From Burkholderiales bacterium (GTDB lineage: Bacteria; Pseudomonadota; Gammaproteobacteria; Burkholderiales; SG8-39), in assembly GCA_023383795.1 (NCBI GenBank), contig JAHDYJ010000004.1, forward strand, positions 22,603-86,602: 64,000 nucleotides of DNA, given 5' to 3'. Positions within the stretch are counted from its first letter, which is position 1; the number at the start of each line of letters is the position of its first letter. Shown here piece by piece: positions 54,575-63,406 of this stretch. The position numbers and the translations under genes were made by a program. The notes under the pieces are model-generated. The model had not been told where the DNA came from. It did not search any database and saw nothing but the letters and a program-made list of their open reading frames with translations.

Positions 54575-56389
54575 TCAGATGCGTCTGGCAGCCGCCCGGA
54601 CGAGCGCGGTCCAGTCGCCTCCCGCCGTCTGGCGCAGCAGCTCGACCGACGGGTACCACGGCATGCGGTCGCCTGCGCGCAGGTAGCGCCACTCGGGCGC
54701 CGCCGGTACCAGCGCGATCACTCGGGCGCCAAGCGCCCCCCCTAGATGGACGACGGAGCTGCACACGGTCACCACGGCGTCCAGTGCGCCGATCAATGCG
54801 GCAGTCTCCTCCGGATGCGACGCTGCCTCCGGCCAGTGCGCGACGGGCTTGCCGGCGACGGCCTGCAATCGCGCGAGCTCCTCGCCGGTGGCGCGATGTT
54901 GCAGGCTCACGAACGCGAGGTCGGTGCGACCGACGAGCGGCGCGAGATCCTCGGGAGAGAGCGAGCGCGTTCGCTGGCGCGTGCGCATCAGTCCGCCGCG
55001 CCAGGCGATACCGATCTTGCGCCCCGATCCCAGCGTGGCGAGGCGGGACCGATACTCGTGCACGCGCGCCGGATCGGCCGCGAGATAGCTGCGGCGCGCG
55101 GGAAAGTCCGCGGCGCCGCGCCGGTAGCGGCGCGGCAGGCTGCCGGCGGCAATCTGGACGTCGATCGCGCCGGCACCCGCGAGCCAGGCGTGGTCCCAGG
55201 TCCGCGGCGCGCCGCAGACCGCGGCGGTCGGAAAGGCGCGCCGGAAGAGGCTCTCGAGCCGGGGGTCGCACTCGACCACGACGGCGCGCGCCTCGGCGAT
55301 CAGGTCCGGCAGGCAGCTCGCAAACATGATCTCGTCGCCGAGTCCTTGCTCCGCATAGACCAGCACGGTCTTGCCGGCCGCCGGCTCGGCGCCGAGCTCC
55401 GGTTGCGGAAACCCGCGCCGCGGCGACTCGCCCGAATCGAACCGACCCTCGTAATCTTCCCACCCGCCGGCGAAATCGCCGAGCGCGAGCCGCAGCAGCG
55501 CCCGGCCCAGACGGGCATCGCCGGATCCCGGCGCGAGCGCGAGCGCCGCGTCGTACTCGGCACGCGCGCCGGAGGTATCGCCGAGATCCGCGAGCGCCGC
55601 GGCGAGCGCGCTGCGCGCGGCGACCTCCGCAGGGCGCTGTGCGACGAGCGCCGCCACCGCATCACGCGCCTCTGCGGCCATGCCGAGCTCACGCAGCACG
55701 ATCGCGCGGTGGGTCAGCGTCGTCGCATCGCCGGGCGCCAGCGCCATCGCCCGGTCGAGCTCGCGCAGCGCGTCGGCGTGCCGATCGAGCCCGCGCAGGC
55801 ACATCGCCAGGCGATTGAGCGGCTCCGCCCGCTCCGCTTCGAGCGCCGCCGCGCGGGCAAAATGCGTCGCGGCCTCGTCGAGCCGTCCCAGCTCCTGCAG
55901 TGCGATGCCAGAGTTCAAGTGTGCCGCAGCGTGGTCAGGATCACGCTTGAGAACCCACCGCAGCACATCGATCGCCTCCTGCGGGCGGCCGAGCTCGGCG
56001 AGCGCGCCGGCGAGCTCGCTGCGCGCCGGAAGGCTCGCCGGGTTGATCTCGATCGCCCGGCACAGCGCGTGCGAGGCCTCCAGCGCGGCGCCGCGGCGGC
56101 GCAGCGCCTGGCCGAGCAGCTCGTGCGCGTGCGCGTCGTCCGGCCGCGCCTGCAGCATCTCGCGCATCAGCGCCTCGGCGCCCGCATTGTCGCCGCGCTC
56201 GAGGCAGATTTCGGCGAGGAGGTAGCCCGCGGCCGGACGCTCCGGCGCGGCCCGCATCACGTGCCGCGCGAGTTCTGCCGCGCGATCGAGATCGCCTCTT
56301 CCGCGCGCCGCGGCCGCAGCGTCGAGCAGCCGGTCGGTCTCGCTCGGCCGCGCGCGGCCGGCGAGCCGCGAGATCAGGACGCGCAGCAT
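54575..56389 (-). CDS. TPR + GT9 (heptosyltransferase-family) glycosyltransferase, paralogue 1
   Basis: ~330 aa of TPR, then GKTVLVYAEQGLGDEIMFASCLP...VTVCSSVVHLGGALG, typical of the GT9 family. Confidence 0.8.
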   Translation of the reverse strand: MLRVLISRLAGRARPSETDRLLDAAAAARGRGDLDRAAELARHVMRAAPERPAAGYLLAEICLERGDNAGAEALMREMLQARPDDAHAHELLGQALRRRGAALEASHALCRAIEINPASLPARSELAGALAELGRPQEAIDVLRWVLKRDPDHAAAHLNSGIALQELGRLDEAATHFARAAALEAERAEPLNRLAMCLRGLDRHADALRELDRAMALAPGDATTLTHRAIVLRELGMAAEARDAVAALVAQRPAEVAARSALAAALADLGDTSGARAEYDAALALAPGSGDARLGRALLRLALGDFAGGWEDYEGRFDSGESPRRGFPQPELGAEPAAGKTVLVYAEQGLGDEIMFASCLPDLIAEARAVVVECDPRLESLFRRAFPTAAVCGAPRTWDHAWLAGAGAIDVQIAAGSLPRRYRRGAADFPARRSYLAADPARVHEYRSRLATLGSGRKIGIAWRGGLMRTRQRTRSLSPEDLAPLVGRTDLAFVSLQHRATGEELARLQAVAGKPVAHWPEAASHPEETAALIGALDAVVTVCSSVVHLGGALGARVIALVPAAPEWRYLRAGDRMPWYPSVELLRQTAGGDWTALVRAAARRI

Positions 56390-56437
56390 TCGGCGCCGTG
56401 CGAGCGCGCCGCGGCTCGCGGCCGGCGATCGGGTTCC

Positions 56438-57121
56438 CTACGCCGGCGCACGCTGGGTGCACGCAAGCATGCGCTCGAGCTCCTGCCGCCACTCCTCGGC
56501 GTACTCGCAGTCGCGGTACTCCTGGAAGTAAGGCCCGCCGAGCGTGTAGTGTACGAGCGAGACGTCGCGGCTCGGGGCGTAGTAGCCGACCAGGTGGTTC
56601 CAGCGCCGCGGCAGCTCGCCGATCAGGCTCTCGCTTTTCAGCCACTTGAACTGGTGCAGCTCGAGTCCGGACGCGCGGTTGACGTACTCCGGCGTGAGCG
56701 CGGTGCAGCGCGAGTTGTTGAACAGCATCACGCTCGACCAGTTCTTCTTGGGGTACTGGGTCTGCGGCTGGTCGAGGAACTTGATCGTCTCGCGCGGCTG
56801 GTGGTCGTGCTTCACCACCATGACCGCGTACCGGTCGTCGCGCAGCCGCCACAGGTTCGCGATGTCGTCCAGGACCAGCATGTCGCAGTCGGTGAAGATG
56901 CTCCATCCCTCGTAGCCCGACAGGTGCGGGACGAGGAAACGCGTGAAGGCGAAATCGGTCGACTGCAGCGGGTGGCGCTCGCGCGAGAAGACGCCGCGCA
57001 GCGCGGAGAGCACGAGCGGCGTAATGCTGACCGGCTCGCTCGCGCGCACGTGCATGCTGTGCGCGAGGACGCTGAATGCCACTGCCTCGCGCGGATCGTA
57101 TCCGATGAAAACGTTGATCAT
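56438..57121 (-). CDS. GT8-like nucleotide-sugar glycosyltransferase
   Basis: 227 aa. MINVFIGYDPRE...TRFLVP...IFTDCDMLVLDDI (DxD) is a GT-A fold. The family assignment is from motif memory only. Confidence 0.65.
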   Translation of the reverse strand: MINVFIGYDPREAVAFSVLAHSMHVRASEPVSITPLVLSALRGVFSRERHPLQSTDFAFTRFLVPHLSGYEGWSIFTDCDMLVLDDIANLWRLRDDRYAVMVVKHDHQPRETIKFLDQPQTQYPKKNWSSVMLFNNSRCTALTPEYVNRASGLELHQFKWLKSESLIGELPRRWNHLVGYYAPSRDVSLVHYTLGGPYFQEYRDCEYAEEWRQELERMLACTQRAPA

Positions 57122-57213
57122 GCGGTGTCCCGGTGCAGTGGCACGATAATATCAAGCCGCCCGCGCATCGCGCACGCGCGGCCGCCGGCGCACGTGCCTT
57201 TTTGCCGCATGTG

Positions 57214-58851
57214 CTAACCCCGGTGCCCGCTGCGGAGCGCAGCGAGCTCGCGCCGCACCGCGTCGACGACCGGGCTCCAGTCCGCGCTCGCGGCCTGGCG
57301 CAGCAGGCGCACGGACGGATACCACGGCATGCGCTCGCCCGCCGCGCCGTAGCGCCACTCCGGCGCGCGCGGCGTCATCACCCACACCGGACGCCCGAGG
57401 GCGCCGCCGAGGTGGACGATCGCGGTGCAGACCGAGACGATGCCGTCGAGCGCGGTCGCCAGCGCGGCGGTCTCGTCGTAGTCGTCGATGGCCTCGGGCC
57501 AGTGATGCATGCGGATTCCGCTGGCCGACGCGAATCCCGCGGCCTCGGCGGCGGCCTCGGGCCCGTACTGCAGGCTCACGAAATGGAACCCGAGCTCGCG
57601 CAGCAGTGGCTCGAGCACCCCGAGCGTGAGCGAGCGGCGCTCGGTGCGCGTGCGTGCGGTCCCACCGCGCCACGAGACGCCGATGGCGCGGCCCGGACCG
57701 AGTGCGGCCAGGCGCTCGCGCCAGCGGCCGACCTTTGCCGGATCGGCGCGCAGGTAGCCCTGGTGCGCCGGGAACGCCGTCGGCGCATTGCGGAGGTAGA
57801 GCGGCAAGCTCCCGGCCGGCACCTGCACGTCGATGCCGAGCGGCAGTGTCCAATCGACCGGATCGGCCTGGTGTCCGGCATGCACCGTCGCGGGCGGGAA
57901 CGAGCGGACGAAGAGCGGCGCGAGCTTCGGAGAGCAGTCGATCACGCAGTGCCGCGCCGCACCGACGATCTCCGGCAGGCAGGATGCAAAGAGGATCTCG
58001 TCGCCGATGCCCTGCTCGGCGTGCACGAGGATGGTCTTGCCGGCGAGGGGCTCGCCGTTCCAGCGCGGAAACGGAAACGCCCGCTGCGGACGGTCCTCGG
58101 AGCGCAGCCGCAGCTCGTAGTCCGGCCACGCCTCGGCGAAGCGGCCGGCGGTGAGCAGCGCGATCGCGCGGTGGAAGCACGCGCCGACGTGCTGCGGGTC
58201 GCGCGAGCGCGCGGCATCGTAGGCGGCGAGAGCGTCCTCGAGCCGCCCGAGCTCCTGCAGCGCGGCGCCGTAAGCCGTGAGCGTGTCGGGATCGCGCTCG
58301 CCGAGCGACACCGCGCGCTCGAGGGCGGCGAGCGCCGGCGCCGCATCGAACGCGCCGCGCATGTGAAGCCGGCCGAGCGCCGCGAGCGCGACCGCGTGAT
58401 CCGGGAAGCGCTCGACGACCGAGCGCAGCAGCGCGATGTCCTCGTGGGGCACGGCGTCGTCCGGCAGCCAGTCGACGAGCCCCCGGATCGCCGCCGACGA
58501 GCTCGGATCGGCGCGCACCGCGCGCCGGAAGCACTCGAGCGCGGAGGGTCGATCGTCCCGTCGCGCGTGCAGCAAGCCGAGGTTCGCCAGCGCCGAGGCG
58601 TGGTCCGGTGCCAGCGCGATCGCCGCGGCGTAGCTGCGTTCGGCCGCCGATTCCTCGCCGAGCAGGACGAGGACGTTCCCGAGATCGGAGTGCGTGTCGG
58701 CCGAATCCGGCGCGAGCGCGAGCGCGCGCTCGAGCAGCGCCCGCGCCCGCGGCGCGTCTCCGCCGCCCGCCGCGCGCCATGCGCCCTCCCGCAGCGCGCG
58801 GGGGTCCTCGGCGCCACGGGGTCGCACGCGCTTCAGCAGGTCGCGCAGCAC
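57214..58851 (-). CDS. TPR + GT9 (heptosyltransferase-family) glycosyltransferase, paralogue 2 (track ORF extends to 58929)
   Basis: GKTILVHAEQGIGDEILFASCLP...VSVCTAIVHLGGALG. The GTG at 58851 (GGGGGA upstream) gives the N-terminus (M)LRDLLKRVRPRG, matching the island motif. Confidence 0.8.
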   Translation of the reverse strand: MLRDLLKRVRPRGAEDPRALREGAWRAAGGGDAPRARALLERALALAPDSADTHSDLGNVLVLLGEESAAERSYAAAIALAPDHASALANLGLLHARRDDRPSALECFRRAVRADPSSSAAIRGLVDWLPDDAVPHEDIALLRSVVERFPDHAVALAALGRLHMRGAFDAAPALAALERAVSLGERDPDTLTAYGAALQELGRLEDALAAYDAARSRDPQHVGACFHRAIALLTAGRFAEAWPDYELRLRSEDRPQRAFPFPRWNGEPLAGKTILVHAEQGIGDEILFASCLPEIVGAARHCVIDCSPKLAPLFVRSFPPATVHAGHQADPVDWTLPLGIDVQVPAGSLPLYLRNAPTAFPAHQGYLRADPAKVGRWRERLAALGPGRAIGVSWRGGTARTRTERRSLTLGVLEPLLRELGFHFVSLQYGPEAAAEAAGFASASGIRMHHWPEAIDDYDETAALATALDGIVSVCTAIVHLGGALGRPVWVMTPRAPEWRYGAAGERMPWYPSVRLLRQAASADWSPVVDAVRRELAALRSGHRG

Positions 58852-58969
58852 GGCGTCCCCCGGCGGTGGCGAAGCGGAGTCCGTGTGATTTTGCCCACGC
58901 AGGTCGCGGCCCGCGCCGCTCGCCGGCACCGGCCGATGCTAGAATCCGCTTGATGATGGGAGGCTAAGT

Positions 58970-59317
58970 ATGGGGCTCTTCTCGCTCTTCTCCAACAAGG
59001 AAGTGACTGCGTTTGCGAAAGACCTCGCGGCAGGCCTCGCGAAGCGCTATCCGCCGGCGCTCGATATCAGCCCCGAGAAGCGCGTGTCGGAGAATCGCCT
59101 GACGAAGGTGCTCGAGGAGACGCTCGCCCAGGCGGTGGAGTTCCAGCAGAAGAACAGGCTCGGCCTGGTCGGCAAGGCGAAGCTCGGCAACGAGTTCCGG
59201 TGGCAGCTGAAGGAGCTCGGCTACACCGAGCGGTTCGTCGACGTCGCCACCGAGGGCCTGATGGTCTACATCACCCGCGGCTCGGCCGCCGCGGCGGCGT
59301 CGCAGAAGAAGGCCTGA
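58970..59317 (+). CDS. Hypothetical protein
   Basis: 115-aa ORF whose codon usage is consistent with its neighbours. No motif recognised. Confidence 0.5.
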   Translation: MGLFSLFSNKEVTAFAKDLAAGLAKRYPPALDISPEKRVSENRLTKVLEETLAQAVEFQQKNRLGLVGKAKLGNEFRWQLKELGYTERFVDVATEGLMVYITRGSAAAAASQKKA

Positions 59318-59336
59318 GCGCGGCCGGGCGCCGGCG

Positions 59337-61040
59337 TCAGCCGGCGAAGCCCGGGATCCGTTCCTCGACCACCTCGTCGATCTGCTCCGGATCGAGGAAC
59401 TGGCGCGCGTACTGCAGGTAGACCCTGCTGCGGACGAAGATGTCGAAGAGATCCGGGTCGATGTGCCCGTTCTCCTTGAACTGGCCCAGGATCCGGAGCG
59501 ACTCGGAGAGCGTCTTGCCCTGCTTGTAGGGGCGGTCCTTCGCGGTCAGCGCCTCGAAGATGTCGGCGATGCCCATGATGCGCGCCTGCACCGACATCTG
59601 CTCGCGCGAGAGCCCGCGCGGGTAGCCCTTGCCGTCCATGCGCTCGTGGTGCCCGCCGGCGTACTCCGGCACGTTCTTCAGGTGCTTCGGCCACGGCAGC
59701 GCCTCGAGCATCTTGATGGTCGAAACGATGTGGTGGTTGATGATCTCGCGCTCCTCCGCGGTCAGCGTGCCGCGCGCGATCGTCAGGTTCTTGATCTCGT
59801 CCGCGGTCAGGAAGTCGGAGGTGTTGCCGGCGGTGTCGCGCCACTTGTAGCTGGTGCCGATCCGGCGCACGCGCTCCTGCTCCTCGCGCGACATCGACTC
59901 GCCGCCGATGTTGCAGCGGCGCAGGAACTTGCGGTCCTCGTCGAGCTGGCGCAGCCGCTCGCGCAGCTGCTGCTCGATCTCGAACAGCCGCGTGCGCTGG
60001 GTGATCTCGTCGATGTCGCGCCGCCCGGCGAGCTCGAGCTTCCTGCGCATCGCCTCGAGCTCGGCGTCGCGGATCAGGACCTCGAAGCGGGTGTCGACCA
60101 GGTGGATGCGGTCGAAGATCGTCTCGAGCTTGGTCGCCTTGTCGACGACGTGGACCGGGGTCGTGATCTTGCCGCAGTCGTGCAGCAGGCCGGCGATCTT
60201 CAGCTCGTAGCGGTCCTTGTCGGTCATGCGGAAGGCGGCGAGCGGCCCCTCGCTCGCCGCGTCCGCGGCCTCCGCGAGCATCATGGTGAGCTGCGGCACC
60301 CGCTGGCAGTGCCCGCCGGTGTAGGGCGACTTCTCGTCGATCGCGGTGTTGATCAGCTCGATGAACGACTCGAACAGGTCCTCGAGCTGGATGATCAGGG
60401 CGCGGTTGGTGAGCGCGATCGCGGCCTGCGAGGCGAGCGACTCGGCGAGCCGCTGGTCGGAGTTCGAGAACGCGACGATCTCGCCGCTCGCCACGTCCTG
60501 GCAGTTGATCAGCTGCAGGACGCCGATGATCTCGCCCTCGTGGTTCTTCATCGGCACCGTCAGGAAGGACTTCGACCGGTAGCCGGTCTTCTGGTCGAAG
60601 CGCCGGGTGCCGGAGAAGTCGAACCCCTCCTCGGTGTAGGCGTCGGCGATGTTGACCGTGGTGCCGGTGAGCGCCGCATACGCGGCGACCATGGAGTTGT
60701 TCGGCTGCCCGTCGCGGTAGAGCTGGATCGGGAAGAACGGGATCGGGTTGCCGGTGGTGCCGCCGAGCGCGATGTTGAGCGACGCGGTGCGCACGATCTC
60801 GAAGTGCAGCTCCGGATGGCCGTCGCTGCCCTTCAGCAGGTAGAGCGTGCCGCCGTCGGCGCGCGTGATCGTCTTCGCCGCGACCAGGATCTTCTCGAGC
60901 AGCGCGTCGAGGTTCTTCTCGAGCGACAGCGCCGCCCCGATCTCGTTCAGCTGGTCCAGCCGGCGGAACAGATCGTCGGTCGTGTCGGACGGTCGCCGCG
61001 CCCCGGGCCCGGCCATCGGGGCGACGTTCGTGCCAGACAT
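59337..61040 (-). CDS. GAF-domain HD-GYP phosphohydrolase (putative c-di-GMP phosphodiesterase)
   Basis: Start at MSGTNVAP with AGGAG 8 nt upstream. GAF (GVLQLINCQ). HD-GYP (GLLHDCGK...GGHHERMDGKGYPRGL). The upstream 650 aa of the track ORF is an out-of-frame shadow. Confidence 0.9.
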   Translation of the reverse strand: MSGTNVAPMAGPGARRPSDTTDDLFRRLDQLNEIGAALSLEKNLDALLEKILVAAKTITRADGGTLYLLKGSDGHPELHFEIVRTASLNIALGGTTGNPIPFFPIQLYRDGQPNNSMVAAYAALTGTTVNIADAYTEEGFDFSGTRRFDQKTGYRSKSFLTVPMKNHEGEIIGVLQLINCQDVASGEIVAFSNSDQRLAESLASQAAIALTNRALIIQLEDLFESFIELINTAIDEKSPYTGGHCQRVPQLTMMLAEAADAASEGPLAAFRMTDKDRYELKIAGLLHDCGKITTPVHVVDKATKLETIFDRIHLVDTRFEVLIRDAELEAMRRKLELAGRRDIDEITQRTRLFEIEQQLRERLRQLDEDRKFLRRCNIGGESMSREEQERVRRIGTSYKWRDTAGNTSDFLTADEIKNLTIARGTLTAEEREIINHHIVSTIKMLEALPWPKHLKNVPEYAGGHHERMDGKGYPRGLSREQMSVQARIMGIADIFEALTAKDRPYKQGKTLSESLRILGQFKENGHIDPDLFDIFVRSRVYLQYARQFLDPEQIDEVVEERIPGFAG

Positions 61041-61048
61041 CGCGGCTC

Positions 61049-63406
61049 CTACTTGATGCAGACCGCGCGCACCTGGGCGATGTCGGTGATGCCCATCAGC
61101 ACCTTCTCGACGCCGTCCATTTTCAGGGTGCGCATCCCCTCCTCCAGCGCGACGGCGAGGATCTCCGCCACGCGCGCGTGCTCCTGGATCAGCTTCTTGA
61201 TGTGGTCGCTGCCGACCAGCAGCTCGTGCAGGCCGACGCGGCCCTTGTAGCCCGAGCCGCCGCAGGCGTCGCAGCCGGCCTTCCGGTGGAGGGTGAACTG
61301 GCCCTGCTCGTTGCCGAACGCCTTCACCCAGTCGCGGTACACCGCCTCGTAGGCCGACTTCGCGTCCTTCTTGAAAGTGGTGGTGTTCAGGAGCTCCTGG
61401 CAGTACTCGGTGATCAGCGATTTGACCTCCTCCTGCCCCGGCGTGTACGCCACCTTGCACTTCGAGCAGAGCCGCTTGGCGAGGCGCTGCGCGAGCACAC
61501 CGAGCAGCGCGTCGGCGAAGTTGAACGGGTCCATGCCCATGTCGAGCAGGCGGATGATCGACTCGGGCGCGCTGTTCGTGTGCAGGGTCGCGAACACCAG
61601 GTGGCCGGTGAGCGAGGCCTCGATGCCGATCGAGGTCGTCTCCTTGTCGCGCATCTCGCCGACCATGATGATGTCCGGGTCGGCGCGCAGGAACGCCTTC
61701 ATGACCGTGGGGAAGTCCAGGCCCGCCTTGCGGTTGACCTGCACCTGGCGCAGGCCCTTCTGCGTGATCTCGACCGGGTCCTCGGCGGTCCAGATCTTGG
61801 TGTCGGGAGTGTTCAGGTACTTCAGCACCGAGTGCAGCGTGGTCGTCTTGCCGGAACCGGTCGGGCCGCAGACGAAGAAGAGCCCGTACGGCTTCTCGAC
61901 GGTGGCCTTCAGCGCCTCGAGGTTCCACGGCGAGAGGCCGAGCTTGTCCAGCGGAATCGGCTCGCCGGCGGCGAGGATCCGCATGACCACGTCCTCGACG
62001 CCGCCCGCGGTCGGGATCGTCGCGACCCGCAGCTCGATGTCGAGCGGGCCGAACTTCTTGAACTTGATCTTGCCGTCCTGCGGCTTGCGGCGCTCGGAGA
62101 TGTCGAGGTCGCACATGATCTTCAGGCGCGCCACGAGCGAGTTCCGGTAGGAGGCCGGCACCTCGATGTAGGGCGCGAGCGAGCCGTCCTTGCGGAACCG
62201 GATCTCGGTCTTGGCCTTGCCGGGGTACGACTCGATGTGGATGTCGGAGGCGCCCTGCTGGTAGGCCTCGACGATGATCTTGTTGACGAGCTTCACCAGC
62301 TCGTTGTCGGCGGCCGCCGACAGGTCGTCGTTGCCGGCGTCTTCGCTGCCCTCCTCGTCCATGCCCGAGAGCAGGTCGCCGATGTCGCCGATGTCGAGAT
62401 CGGCGCCGAAGAACTGGTTCAGCGTCTCCTTGAACTCGCGCTGGGTGGTGACGACGTACTTGATGCGCCCCTTCTGGAAGACGTTGTTGACGATCCGCGA
62501 GCCCTTGATGCGCTCCGGATCGAGGCACATCACCAGCAGGCCGTCCTTGTTCTCCTCGAGCGGGATCCACTGGTTCGCGTCGACGTACTCGCGCTTGAGG
62601 TTCTTCAGCAGATCGATCGGCTTCACCCGCTCCGGCTTGAACGGCTCGTACGGGACGCCGAAGAACTTCGACAGCGCCGCGCCGAGCGCCGGCAGCTTGA
62701 CGTTGAACTCCTCGATCAGCACCGCCTCGATGTCGGTCGCCTTCTTGCGCGCCGAGCGCGCCGCGAGCTCGAACTCCGCGGCCGAGATCACCGCGTCGGC
62801 CACGAGGAAGTCGTACTTGGTCTTGAGCAGCGCCGGCTTCTGGCGCTGGCGGAAGGCGATCGCGAGGGTCTGGCAGAGTTCGGTCACGCCCTCCTCGGCG
62901 AGGTGGCCGAACGGCTGCCCGGACTTGTTGTTGATGAGCTGCACCACGCCGATCAGGTCGGCCTTCTCGGCGTCGAGGATCGGCGCGCACAGCATCTGCT
63001 TGGTGCGGTAGCCGGTGCGCTTGTCGACTTCCTGCAGGAACCGCAGCGACGCATGGTGCTTCTTGAGCTCCGACTCGTCGTAGACGTCCTTGACGTTCAG
63101 GAGCTTCTTCGACATCGCGCAGTAGCCGGCGAGCGAGTGCTCGGCGATCGGCAGCTTCAGGTCGCGGAACGAGTTCAGCCCGATCTTGACCTTGGAGACG
63201 ATGGTCGCCTTGTCGTCGCCGGTCGCGTAGATCGTCAGCCGGTCGGCGTTGAAGAGGTGGCAGATGTCGGCGCTCACCTCCAGCATGATCTCGTCGATGT
63301 TGCTGGTGGCGTGGATGCGGTTCGTGACGACCTGCAGGCTCTTCTGGAAGGCGAGCCGGGAGTTGACGTCACCCGAGGCGGCGGCAGGGCTCAGCACGGC
63401 ACTCAT
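61049..63406 (-). CDS. GAF-domain + GspE/PilB-family secretion/pilus ATPase
   Basis: N-terminal GAF (GVVQLINNK), a T2SS-E N-domain, then the ATPase core (Walker A GPTGSGKTTT, Asp/His boxes, C-terminal CxxC...CDACGGSGYKGR tetracysteine). Confidence 0.9.
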   Translation of the reverse strand: MSAVLSPAAASGDVNSRLAFQKSLQVVTNRIHATSNIDEIMLEVSADICHLFNADRLTIYATGDDKATIVSKVKIGLNSFRDLKLPIAEHSLAGYCAMSKKLLNVKDVYDESELKKHHASLRFLQEVDKRTGYRTKQMLCAPILDAEKADLIGVVQLINNKSGQPFGHLAEEGVTELCQTLAIAFRQRQKPALLKTKYDFLVADAVISAAEFELAARSARKKATDIEAVLIEEFNVKLPALGAALSKFFGVPYEPFKPERVKPIDLLKNLKREYVDANQWIPLEENKDGLLVMCLDPERIKGSRIVNNVFQKGRIKYVVTTQREFKETLNQFFGADLDIGDIGDLLSGMDEEGSEDAGNDDLSAAADNELVKLVNKIIVEAYQQGASDIHIESYPGKAKTEIRFRKDGSLAPYIEVPASYRNSLVARLKIMCDLDISERRKPQDGKIKFKKFGPLDIELRVATIPTAGGVEDVVMRILAAGEPIPLDKLGLSPWNLEALKATVEKPYGLFFVCGPTGSGKTTTLHSVLKYLNTPDTKIWTAEDPVEITQKGLRQVQVNRKAGLDFPTVMKAFLRADPDIIMVGEMRDKETTSIGIEASLTGHLVFATLHTNSAPESIIRLLDMGMDPFNFADALLGVLAQRLAKRLCSKCKVAYTPGQEEVKSLITEYCQELLNTTTFKKDAKSAYEAVYRDWVKAFGNEQGQFTLHRKAGCDACGGSGYKGRVGLHELLVGSDHIKKLIQEHARVAEILAVALEEGMRTLKMDGVEKVLMGITDIAQVRAVCIK

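Noticed and set aside
61041-62990. N-terminal 650 aa of the 1217-aa track ORF 59337-62990
   Set aside because: This part is an alternative frame of the GspE/PilB-like ATPase gene. The GAF-HD-GYP protein has a clean start at 61040 with an AGGAG Shine-Dalgarno sequence right after the ATPase stop.
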